A stretch of DNA of 33,628 nucleotides, from IMG/VR virus record IMGVR_UViG_3300017913_000012, positions 1 to 33,628 of that record, one strand, 5' to 3'. The notes beneath the pieces were generated by a model. It was not told the DNA's origin and made no database searches. It saw nothing but the letters and a program-made list of their open reading frames with translations. How positions within the stretch are numbered: the first letter of the stretch is position 1; every line of letters starts with the position of its first letter. Shown here piece after piece: positions 1-8,164 of the stretch. This DNA comes from a virus. Taxonomy: Duplodnaviria; Caudoviricetes. Position numbers and translations under genes: made by a program.

Positions 1-132
1 CGTGAGGTGGACTTCAAGCGTTACAACGCAAACCTAGATGACATCAACGCATCATCAGGTGACGCATTCTTGGACAAGTGCTATTCTTGGGTAATGGCTC
101 AGGACGACATGGCGGGAAGCACGGCGGTATAA
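1..132 (+). CDS. 3' end of a truncated hypothetical protein in the tail region
   Basis: Frame 1 is open from base 1 (REVDFKRYNANLDD...AGSTAV) to TAA at 130-132, 3 nt before the next ATG. Confidence 0.75.
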   Translation, partial: REVDFKRYNANLDDINASSGDAFLDKCYSWVMAQDDMAGSTAV

Positions 133-135
133 ACT

Positions 136-369
136 ATGGCATTAACCATCAATCATCAAACAAACGACATCTCTGCAACTAGCGGGTCTATGACGATTGA
201 CGGTAGTTCTGTGGGTGCGGCTGACGGTATTTTCTATGAAAACGGTCAGAATGTTACTAGTAATTACACCATCACAAACGGCAAGAACGCTATGTCTGCT
301 GGCCCAATCACAATCAACAACGGTGTCACTGTAACGGTTGGCGATGGCGAAACATGGACGGTGGTATAA
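136..369 (+). CDS. Small tail-fibre-associated beta-rich protein (77 aa)
   Basis: FYENGQNVTSNYTIT...NAMSAGPITINNGVTVTV...WTVV resembles a common C-terminal module of marine phage fibre proteins; tightly packed with neighbours. Confidence 0.7.
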   Translation: MALTINHQTNDISATSGSMTIDGSSVGAADGIFYENGQNVTSNYTITNGKNAMSAGPITINNGVTVTVGDGETWTVV

Positions 370-753
370 ATGAGTACACTTAAAGTAAATACACTAGAAG
401 AAGCCACATCAGGTGGTGCGACCTATTTCACTGCTAAGGCGTGGATCGCTTGGAATATGAAAAACACACCTTCAATTCATGACGATGGAAATGTTTCTAG
501 TATTACAGACCAAGCCACAGGAAAGCAGCAGATAAATTTTTCAAATAATTTGAGCCATGCAAATTATGCTGTTGGGGGTAGTGTTGCTAAAAATGACAAT
601 AATGACGATTTCAATGCAAGCTGCCACTTTAATGGATATAATGATGGCAACAGTGATGGAAACACAACAAGCAAGACGCACATACGATCTTCGTTTAACA
701 CAAGTAATTCAGCAATGGATACAGCTCGGGCAACTTGTATGGTGTTACTATAA
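370..753 (+). CDS. Putative tail-fibre tip protein, paralog A (127 aa)
   Basis: MSTLKVNTL N-terminus and AKAW...DDGNVSSITD...F...ANYAV motif; clearly paralogous to 1142..1498. Confidence 0.7.
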   Translation: MSTLKVNTLEEATSGGATYFTAKAWIAWNMKNTPSIHDDGNVSSITDQATGKQQINFSNNLSHANYAVGGSVAKNDNNDDFNASCHFNGYNDGNSDGNTTSKTHIRSSFNTSNSAMDTARATCMVLL

Positions 754-1145
754 TGACCCAGTACCGTGTAATATTTGATGATCCAGACCACCTAGATGAA
801 CCCACGAAAGTGTTAGTACCTAGTGACCGTTGGATGAAAGAGGCGATGGAGGGCAACTTGCCTCCTATCAGTGTATATTGGGAGCTACAGGACGACGAAC
901 AGAAAGCGATTGCAGAAGGTCGTCACGACAAGTTTGAGCATGACAAAGCTAAATGGGAACGCCAATTCACAGCCCCTCGCATTGGTCCTCTGACTGAGGA
1001 AGAAGCGATTGAATATCTCTGTATGAAAGACTTGCCCCGCAAATGTTGGGCAGAAGAACACAACCGTCCAATGTTTAAAATAGTAACAGTCGATCAGGTG
1101 CCATCTGACAGGACGTTTAGAAATGCATGGGAGATGGCAGCATGA
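753..1145 (+). CDS. Putative tail-fibre assembly protein (130 aa, MTQYRVIF...)
   Basis: ATG at 753 overlaps the upstream TAA (TAATG), so the track start at 735 is probably too early; ends with a PSDRTFRNAW motif. Confidence 0.65.
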   Translation: MTQYRVIFDDPDHLDEPTKVLVPSDRWMKEAMEGNLPPISVYWELQDDEQKAIAEGRHDKFEHDKAKWERQFTAPRIGPLTEEEAIEYLCMKDLPRKCWAEEHNRPMFKIVTVDQVPSDRTFRNAWEMAA

Positions 1146-1498
1146 GTACGATAAAAGTAGATGCGCTACAGGACACAAGTGGTAATGGGTTTTACCCTGC
1201 TAGAGCTTGGATAAACTTTAATGGTACAGGCACTGTCGCTATTCGTGATGATGGGAATGTTAGTAGTATCACAGACAATGGCACAGCACACTACACTGTT
1301 ACCTTTTCAAACAGTCTTTCAAGTGCAAACTATAGCGTAGGTCAGGCAGCGGGTTATAACACCACTGGTATACCTGATGTTGGTCATATGGGTATTGCAG
1401 GAACACCTGTGACGAGTAGCGTAGCATTACATTGTGTTGACACGACAAGTAATAGTGCATTTGATTACCCAATTTGCCATGCGCAGGTAACGATTTAG
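1142..1498 (+). CDS. Putative tail-fibre tip protein, paralog B (118 aa)
   Basis: ATGA overlap at 1142-1145; MSTIKVDAL...ARAWINFNGTGTVAIRDDGNVSSITDNGT. Confidence 0.7.
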   Translation: MSTIKVDALQDTSGNGFYPARAWINFNGTGTVAIRDDGNVSSITDNGTAHYTVTFSNSLSSANYSVGQAAGYNTTGIPDVGHMGIAGTPVTSSVALHCVDTTSNSAFDYPICHAQVTI

Positions 1499-1508
1499 GA
1501 GAACCGCT

Positions 1509-1865
1509 ATGACAACATACATCAAAATAGGGGCGACATCCTATAATGCCGCAGACTACGAAACCCCAGCAGAACGCACGTTTCGTGAAGGTTGGGAAGC
1601 AAACGCAGACACAGGCGTTATTTCTGTCAACATGACAAAGGCCAAAGACATCTGGCGTGACAAGATACGTCAAGCACGTGAACCTGAACTAGCCAAGCTA
1701 GACACTGCGTTTATGAAAGCCTTAGAAGCAGGTGCAGACACCACAGCAATTGTAGCGCAGAAACAGGCACTACGTGACGCACCAGCACATTCAGACATTG
1801 ATGCGGCAACAACTCCTGATGAACTAACAGCGGTGCAGCCCATCCCTAACGTAACGGTGGAATGA
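1509..1865 (+). CDS. Tail-fibre assembly chaperone-like protein (118 aa)
   Basis: AGGAG RBS upstream; DKIRQAREPELAKLD...KQALRDAP resembles phage tail assembly chaperones. Confidence 0.7.
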   Translation: MTTYIKIGATSYNAADYETPAERTFREGWEANADTGVISVNMTKAKDIWRDKIRQAREPELAKLDTAFMKALEAGADTTAIVAQKQALRDAPAHSDIDAATTPDELTAVQPIPNVTVE

Positions 1866-1866
1866 T

Positions 1867-2832
1867 ATGGCTAATATCGTTCTTGGTAATAGTGCAAGTT
1901 ATGGATCTGCTACTAACAATGCAGCAGGAATTGCTGCAGGATTAGGATCACGATTTGCAAGCGCATCTTCTGGAGCGCTCACAATCAAGAACGGTGTTAA
2001 AGTAGATAACTCAAACGCAAGTGATGCTAAGTTTATACTAGGCGATGGGACATCCCTTGGAATGACTGGTGGAGAAACTGTTTCATCTAACACACAAGGT
2101 CCACTTACTATAGATAGCGGAGGCATTTTTGGCGTAACTGTGACGATAAACTCTGGTGTTTATCTTTGGTCAGACAGTACTAGCAGCCCCGCATTGCAAA
2201 TTAGTGTACCCTGCACTGTGGTTAATAGTGGTTATATTATTGGTAAGGGCGGAAACGGCGGTTCAAACACTGGAAGCGGATCTGCAGGTGGCCCTGCCAT
2301 TGAAATAACTTCTAGCACAAGCGGTGTTACTATCCAAAATCAAAGCGGCGGTTATATTGCAGGCGGTGGTGGCGGCGGAGGTGGTCAAGGTGACCCTACT
2401 GACAGTGATAGAGTTCCAGGGGGCGGCGGTGCTGGCGGCGGTAACAGCGGATCAGGTTACAATAGTGGCGTATATACAGGCGGCAGTATTGGTAATATAG
2501 GCAACGGCGGCGGTGGATTTGGTTCAGGTTCTGTACCTGCCTCTCCAGGACATCACCAAGGTTATGGCGGGACTATAGATGCACAAGATGGTGGTGCGGG
2601 TAGATTTTCACGTCCAACTTCTGGCGGCAGAAAGCCAGATGGTACTACGACAGGCAATGCGGGTAATGGTAATGTAAAAGGTGGTGCTGGTGGTTTCTGG
2701 GGTGCTGCAGGACAAGACGGTCAAGGGTGGTCTGGAGAAAGGGGTTCAGGAGGCTCAGCTGGTGCGGCTATCAATGATAATGGAAACACCTATACACTTA
2801 GTAATAGTGGTACGATTTACGGAGCAACATAA
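1867..2832 (+). CDS. Glycine-rich receptor-binding adhesin, T-even gp38-like (321 aa)
   Basis: N.G.I.GKGGNGG...GGPAI...N..GYIAGGGGGGG...GG.AGAA...G.IYG pattern resembles the polyglycine domain of T2/S16 gp38. Confidence 0.65.
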   Translation: MANIVLGNSASYGSATNNAAGIAAGLGSRFASASSGALTIKNGVKVDNSNASDAKFILGDGTSLGMTGGETVSSNTQGPLTIDSGGIFGVTVTINSGVYLWSDSTSSPALQISVPCTVVNSGYIIGKGGNGGSNTGSGSAGGPAIEITSSTSGVTIQNQSGGYIAGGGGGGGGQGDPTDSDRVPGGGGAGGGNSGSGYNSGVYTGGSIGNIGNGGGGFGSGSVPASPGHHQGYGGTIDAQDGGAGRFSRPTSGGRKPDGTTTGNAGNGNVKGGAGGFWGAAGQDGQGWSGERGSGGSAGAAINDNGNTYTLSNSGTIYGAT

Positions 2833-3212
2833 TGGCAACAAAATGGTATTATAATAGTGTAGCTTATAACACAGAAGCAGAAGCCAACGTAGCAGTTACT
2901 AATATAAAAGCCCGTCTGGACAACAATCCTACAGACTGGGTTATTGTTAAACAAGTTACTTATAATAGTGAAGAAGGGGGCTGGGTTGTTCCTTCAGAAA
3001 CATTAACGGATGAAGAAATTAATAATCTTTCAGAAGATAATAATTACAATGTAAACTCAATATATTCAGGTACTACTTATACAGGCATTACTGGAGCAAA
3101 TGCTATTTTAAAAATTACAGAACTTCGTACAGAATATGCAAGACGAATTAATGCTAATACTATTATGAAGCACTATGCGCCTACTAATGAAGATATGAGC
3201 ATTTATGTATAA
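2832..3212 (+). CDS. Hypothetical protein (126 aa), likely partner of the adhesin
   Basis: TAATG overlap with the upstream gene; AT-rich coding sequence. Confidence 0.75.
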   Translation: MATKWYYNSVAYNTEAEANVAVTNIKARLDNNPTDWVIVKQVTYNSEEGGWVVPSETLTDEEINNLSEDNNYNVNSIYSGTTYTGITGANAILKITELRTEYARRINANTIMKHYAPTNEDMSIYV

Positions 3213-3238
3213 TTTAAAACAAGGACAATAGGTAACAC

Positions 3239-5596
3239 ATGCTAGGATTTTCACCATTAGCCTCTGCACCGTTAGCGGATAGTGGTGTTACGTCCGTAGC
3301 CTACACAATGGAGGCTGCACAGGGCAGCTTCACGCTTACTGGTCAGGTAGTTACTCTTGATGTAGACCGTGTTTACACACTTACAGCTAACAACGGTAGC
3401 TTTAGTCTAACTGGTCAAACCTCTGACCTAGACAAAGCCTTAAACATTACCGCAGGGCAGGGGTCGTTTAGTGTAAGTGGTCAGGCAGCTACACTTACAG
3501 CAGACTTTAACATTACTGCTGGCAATGGCAGCTTTACTCTTACAGGTCAAACAGCAGACTTTACAAAGTCACTAAACATTACTGCTGGGAACGGTAGCTT
3601 TGAGCTAACGGGTCAAAGTGCAGAGTTAGACCCAGCGTATGTTATAGCTGCAAATAATGGCTCATTCAGTCTAACAGGCCAAGCAGCTAACTTCACTAAA
3701 GCCTTCTCTGTATCTGCGGCTAATGGCAGCTTTACGTTTACAGGACAAGATGCTCTTAAAGGTATCTCTGAAACTGCAGGGCTTGTATCCTTTAGTATTA
3801 CTGGTCAAACAGTAGACTTTACTAAGTCTCTTACTTTCTCTGGTAATCAAGGCTCGTTTACATTATCAGGGCAAACCTCTACATTTAATAAAGACTTAAA
3901 CTTAAATCTTAACAGTGGTAGTTTCACTTTTGCAGGACAGGATGCATTTAAAGGTATATCAGAAACTGCAGGGTTAGTGTCGTTTAGTATCGCAGGTCAG
4001 GCTGTAGATTTTACAAAAGACCTGAAGATTAGTTTAGACAATGCAAGCTATTCCTTGGCAGGATATGACGTTGCGTTTATTGAAGGTAAGGCTTTAATAG
4101 CCCAAAGTGGAAGCTTTACTGTAACGCCACAAGATAGTTCCTTAACTAAAGAGCTTATACTTGTTAGTGATGCCGCAAACTTTGACTTAACTGGGCAAGC
4201 ATCAAGCGTAAATAAATCTGTAAACTTAGACCTAGAGTTAGGTTCTTATGTATATACAGGTCAAAACGCAAGTGTAACTACCTCGTTTAACATCTCAGCA
4301 GATCAAGGTAACCTTACACTATCTGGGCAGGATACAAACTTTGTTAAAGACCTTAATCTTGATCTGAATAGTCAAGCTTACAGCTTAACAGGTCAACAAG
4401 CTTCAATAGGCTTTAACTATAACGTTGCCTTAGATCAAGGTAGCTTTAGTTTTGCAGGACAGGATGCACTTAAAGGCATCTCAGAGGTTGGTGAACTTGT
4501 ATCCTTTAGTGTTACAGGACAGCCTGTAGGTTTGACCAAAACACTGAATGTAGAATTAGGTCAGGCGTCTTACACTCTAACAGGACAAGACACATTAAAG
4601 GGTATAACCCTATCTACAGACTCTAGTTCTTATACCCTAAGCGGACAGGATGCTGGTTCTCTTAAAGTTCTAAGTATTATATCTTCAGTAGGCTCTTTTA
4701 GCTTATCAGGTCAAGAAGTTACATTAATAAAAGGTAAGGCCTTAGCTGTTGATAGTGGATCGTATGATGTAAACGGACAGCTTGCGAACTTTGACACCTC
4801 TGTTAAATTAGAGGTAGGCTCATACACAACCGCAGGGCAAGACCTTGTACTAACCAAGAGCCTTAACCTATCGGCTGAACAAGTCTCTTTTGCCTTTAGT
4901 GGTCAAGATGCTCTCAAAGCTATCTCCGAAGTTGCTGGCTTAGTATCATTCAGTGTAGATGGGCAAGACACTACACTAACCTCTATAAGGTCTTTTGGTG
5001 CAGACGCAGGTAGCTTCACTCTTACTGGTAAAGATGCTACTACACTAAGAGAAGTTAAACTTTCTGCTGAATCAGGTAGCTATGCAGTAACAGAACAAGA
5101 TATAGCATTTGGTGTAGAGCTATCTATTGTATCTGATAATGCAGCGTATGTACTTACAGGTCAAGACGCAGTACCTAACATTAACAGAGTGATGTCTGCT
5201 GGACATGAAACATTTACTGTTACAGGACAAAATATAACAGTACGTGTTGGCAAAAATGTTGATGCTAATGCAGGTGTGTTTGTATTAACAGGGCAAGACC
5301 TTAATATTATTGCAATCGCAAGTCTAGTAGCTGCTAATGCAAACTATTCACTAACTGGTCAAGATATTGGTATAGGAACAGCTACACTTATAGCCACAAC
5401 AGGGTTGACTGCTAACACAAATACTGTTACACTAGATGAAAACATTATTAGTTACAGCCCAGAGGACTACTCTCCTAACAGGGTACTATACCTAACAAAA
5501 CAAGATACTAATAATACAGTACATATTCAACCTGAATCACGTACCGTGTACATAGCACCTCAAGACAATAGAACATCTGTTTATATAGCAGCGTAA
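3239..5596 (+). CDS. Tandem-repeat virion fibre-like protein (785 aa)
   Basis: About 32 repeats of 20-22 aa, consensus x-G-S-(F/Y)-x-L-(T/S)-G-Q, counted by eye; MLGFSPLASAPLA N-terminus; lies in the structural arm. Confidence 0.75.
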   Translation: MLGFSPLASAPLADSGVTSVAYTMEAAQGSFTLTGQVVTLDVDRVYTLTANNGSFSLTGQTSDLDKALNITAGQGSFSVSGQAATLTADFNITAGNGSFTLTGQTADFTKSLNITAGNGSFELTGQSAELDPAYVIAANNGSFSLTGQAANFTKAFSVSAANGSFTFTGQDALKGISETAGLVSFSITGQTVDFTKSLTFSGNQGSFTLSGQTSTFNKDLNLNLNSGSFTFAGQDAFKGISETAGLVSFSIAGQAVDFTKDLKISLDNASYSLAGYDVAFIEGKALIAQSGSFTVTPQDSSLTKELILVSDAANFDLTGQASSVNKSVNLDLELGSYVYTGQNASVTTSFNISADQGNLTLSGQDTNFVKDLNLDLNSQAYSLTGQQASIGFNYNVALDQGSFSFAGQDALKGISEVGELVSFSVTGQPVGLTKTLNVELGQASYTLTGQDTLKGITLSTDSSSYTLSGQDAGSLKVLSIISSVGSFSLSGQEVTLIKGKALAVDSGSYDVNGQLANFDTSVKLEVGSYTTAGQDLVLTKSLNLSAEQVSFAFSGQDALKAISEVAGLVSFSVDGQDTTLTSIRSFGADAGSFTLTGKDATTLREVKLSAESGSYAVTEQDIAFGVELSIVSDNAAYVLTGQDAVPNINRVMSAGHETFTVTGQNITVRVGKNVDANAGVFVLTGQDLNIIAIASLVAANANYSLTGQDIGIGTATLIATTGLTANTNTVTLDENIISYSPEDYSPNRVLYLTKQDTNNTVHIQPESRTVYIAPQDNRTSVYIAA

Positions 5597-5605
5597 GGAA
5601 TACTC

Positions 5606-5923
5606 ATGTCATACAAGTGGCCCGATAAAGATAAAGATGAAGTGGTAGACTACAGCGTAGACTGGTCACGCTTCTTAGGTACAGACACTATCTCTGCTGC
5701 TGTATGGTTTATCTATGATTCAGATGGTACTAAAGAAGAAGTATCAGATGCTGAGACAGTGAATGGCTTACAGTTTGTACAAGGCACTATCTCAGGTCAA
5801 GTAGCTACAGCTAGGTTTGGTTTAGGTACTAATAACATCCGTTATACTATTGGCTGTAAGATTACTACTGCTGACGGTCTTACGTATGAACGTTCTATCT
5901 TCCTACGTATTAAGGAGAAGTAA
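5606..5923 (+). CDS. Virion structural protein, putative fibre-tail adaptor (105 aa)
   Basis: AAGGA RBS; KDxDExxDYxxDW N-terminal motif recalled from fibre-adaptor proteins. Confidence 0.6.
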   Translation: MSYKWPDKDKDEVVDYSVDWSRFLGTDTISAAVWFIYDSDGTKEEVSDAETVNGLQFVQGTISGQVATARFGLGTNNIRYTIGCKITTADGLTYERSIFLRIKEK

Positions 5924-5926
5924 GAC

Positions 5927-6616
5927 ATGGCATATGATTATATTGGCTTAGTAAATGACGTTAACCGTAGGTTAAACGAAGTAGAACTAACTAGCTCTAA
6001 CTTTGCTACCTCCACTGGTTATTATAGCTTTGCTAAGGATGCAGTAAACTCTGCCATTCGTCATATCAATCAGGAAGAATATGAGTGGCCTTGGAATCAT
6101 GTGGAAGAGACTGAGGTTCTTGTAGCAGGTGAAGTAAGATACAGTTTACCTTACGATGCTAAGACAGTTAATATGAATACCTTTCGTATTAAACGTAATG
6201 ATACGTTAGGTGTTGAAACTGTTAAACTAAAAATTATGTCTTACGAAGAATACCTTGACAAATATGCAGATTCCGAGTATAACTCTAGTACTGGTATTAG
6301 AACAGTTCCAACTCATGTTGTTAAGACTCCAAGTCGTGAACTTGTCTTTTATCCCTCGCCAGATCAAGCCTATGAAGTAGTGTATGAATACTTTTCTCTA
6401 GCCTATGATCTAGAAAATTCTACAGACGTTCCTAATCTACCCGAACAGTATCGTTATGTGATCACAGATGGTGCTATGTATTATGTTTATCAATTCCGTG
6501 GGGATCTACAAGCAGCTCAACTATCTTTAGCTAAGTTTGAACAAGGTATTAAACAGTTACGTAGTCTACATATTAATCGTACTGAATACCTTCGTGACAC
6601 AAGAGTACATTACTAA
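5927..6616 (+). CDS. Tail adaptor / tail tubular protein A-like (229 aa)
   Basis: LVNDVNRRLNE...VNSAIRHI...WPW...YPSPD..Y...YEY pattern; position immediately before the nozzle gene; TAAGGAG RBS. Confidence 0.7.
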   Translation: MAYDYIGLVNDVNRRLNEVELTSSNFATSTGYYSFAKDAVNSAIRHINQEEYEWPWNHVEETEVLVAGEVRYSLPYDAKTVNMNTFRIKRNDTLGVETVKLKIMSYEEYLDKYADSEYNSSTGIRTVPTHVVKTPSRELVFYPSPDQAYEVVYEYFSLAYDLENSTDVPNLPEQYRYVITDGAMYYVYQFRGDLQAAQLSLAKFEQGIKQLRSLHINRTEYLRDTRVHY

Positions 6617-8163
6617 TGGCTACACAGTGGCAGACATTTCCTATTGAGTTTCGTGGCGGGTTGATCTCTAACTTGTCACCCCTACAGCATGGTACTAATG
6701 CTGTTGGCTCTGCTACAATCCTACAAAACTTTGAGCCTAACAAAGAAGGTGGTTACTCTAAGATCAAGGGTTATGAGAAGTTTAGCACTACTGCTGTAAC
6801 AGGCTCTGGCCCTATTCTTGCACTAAAGGTGATTTCTTCTGGTCGTATGGTAGTGGCACGTAAGAATGCTTCTAACTTTACACAGTATTACTACGGTACA
6901 GGTACGACATGGACTAGCATGGCTACCAGTGCAGGTACTAATGGTGGTAAGGTTAGACACGCAGAGTTTAACTTAGATGGAAATGACAAGGTAGTATTTG
7001 TAGATGGTACTAACTACCCTGTAGTCTATAACACATCAGGTAACACTGCTACATTTATGACATCAGCTAATAGCACAGACGTGTTAGGTGCAGAGCATGT
7101 AGCAGTATTTAAGGGTACAGCCTTTTATGCCAAGGGTAATAACGTTTACTTTACTGCACCGTTTACTGTAGATGACTTTAGTGTAGCTAACGGTGCAGGT
7201 AGCATTAACGTAGGTAACGATGTTACAGGTCTTGTAGTATTTCGTGATCAGCTAATCATCTTTACTACCAGCACTATTAAACGATTGACGGGTAACACAT
7301 CTGCTGACTTCCAAGTTTCACCTATTACAGATCGTATCGGCTGTATCAATGGTGATACTATTCAGGAAGTTGGTGGTGACATCATGTATCTAGCACCTGA
7401 TGGTATTCGACTACTAAGTGCTACAGATCGTATTGGTGACTTTGGACTAGACATTGCATCGGATAGTATCTTTAAGGATGCTAATACTTTTATTAATAAC
7501 TCTTCTATCTTTTCATCTGTACTACTACGTGAGAAAGCCCAGTATCGTATCTTTTCATATGTAGCATCAGAGCAGGATAGCACAGCTAAAGGTCTTATTG
7601 CTACTAAGTTTGTATCACAAGGTGCTGCAGGTATTTCTTGGGCCACAACAAAAGGCATCAAAGCCTATGTAGCTGATGGTCGTTACTCTGGGTCACAAGA
7701 GACAATAGCTTTCGCTAACGAGGATGGCTACATCTATGTGTTAGACACAGGTAGCGACTTTGATGGTGCAGACATTGAGGCTATATACGAATCACCCTTT
7801 ATGCCTCTAACAGACCCACAGCTACGTAAAACATTCTATAAGATGACATTGTATGCTGAACCTACAGGTAGCATGAGCCTAGATGTTAACTTAAAGTTTG
7901 ACTTTGCATCAGGCACAAGTACTGCTGTAGTACAACCTCAGACTATTACAGTTAGTAGTACGGGTAGCTCAGTATTCTTATATGGTGGTACAGGTTCTGT
8001 ATTTGGGACAGCAACATTTGGTGGTGAGCTAGATGCTGTATATAATACAAATGTAATTGGATCAGGTAAAACAATAGCATTACGTATTGAGGATAAATCA
8101 ACTAATCCGACATTCACACTCGACACAGCATTGTTAGAGTTTAGACAAAACGATAGGCAGTAA
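6616..8163 (+). CDS. Tail nozzle / tail tubular protein B-like (515 aa)
   Basis: Beta-rich (propeller-like) sequence with FRGGL N-terminus and IGCI...IQEVGGDIMYLAPDGIR; TAATG coupling to the adaptor gene. Confidence 0.7.
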   Translation: MATQWQTFPIEFRGGLISNLSPLQHGTNAVGSATILQNFEPNKEGGYSKIKGYEKFSTTAVTGSGPILALKVISSGRMVVARKNASNFTQYYYGTGTTWTSMATSAGTNGGKVRHAEFNLDGNDKVVFVDGTNYPVVYNTSGNTATFMTSANSTDVLGAEHVAVFKGTAFYAKGNNVYFTAPFTVDDFSVANGAGSINVGNDVTGLVVFRDQLIIFTTSTIKRLTGNTSADFQVSPITDRIGCINGDTIQEVGGDIMYLAPDGIRLLSATDRIGDFGLDIASDSIFKDANTFINNSSIFSSVLLREKAQYRIFSYVASEQDSTAKGLIATKFVSQGAAGISWATTKGIKAYVADGRYSGSQETIAFANEDGYIYVLDTGSDFDGADIEAIYESPFMPLTDPQLRKTFYKMTLYAEPTGSMSLDVNLKFDFASGTSTAVVQPQTITVSSTGSSVFLYGGTGSVFGTATFGGELDAVYNTNVIGSGKTIALRIEDKSTNPTFTLDTALLEFRQNDRQ

Positions 8164-8164
8164 T

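Noticed and set aside
1-753. Three consecutive ORFs in the same frame separated by single TAA codons (read-through fusion?)
   Set aside because: Each downstream ORF has its own ATG and a plausible N-terminus, TAA is rarely read through, and no stimulatory signal is visible.
370-1498. Paralogous tip genes as template/variable repeats of a diversity-generating retroelement
   Set aside because: No reverse transcriptase in the window, and the differences are not adenine-specific.
3213-3238. Phage RNA polymerase (T7-like) promoter in the late-arm gap
   Set aside because: No conserved motif of about 20 bp recurs in other gaps, and there is no RNA polymerase gene in the window.
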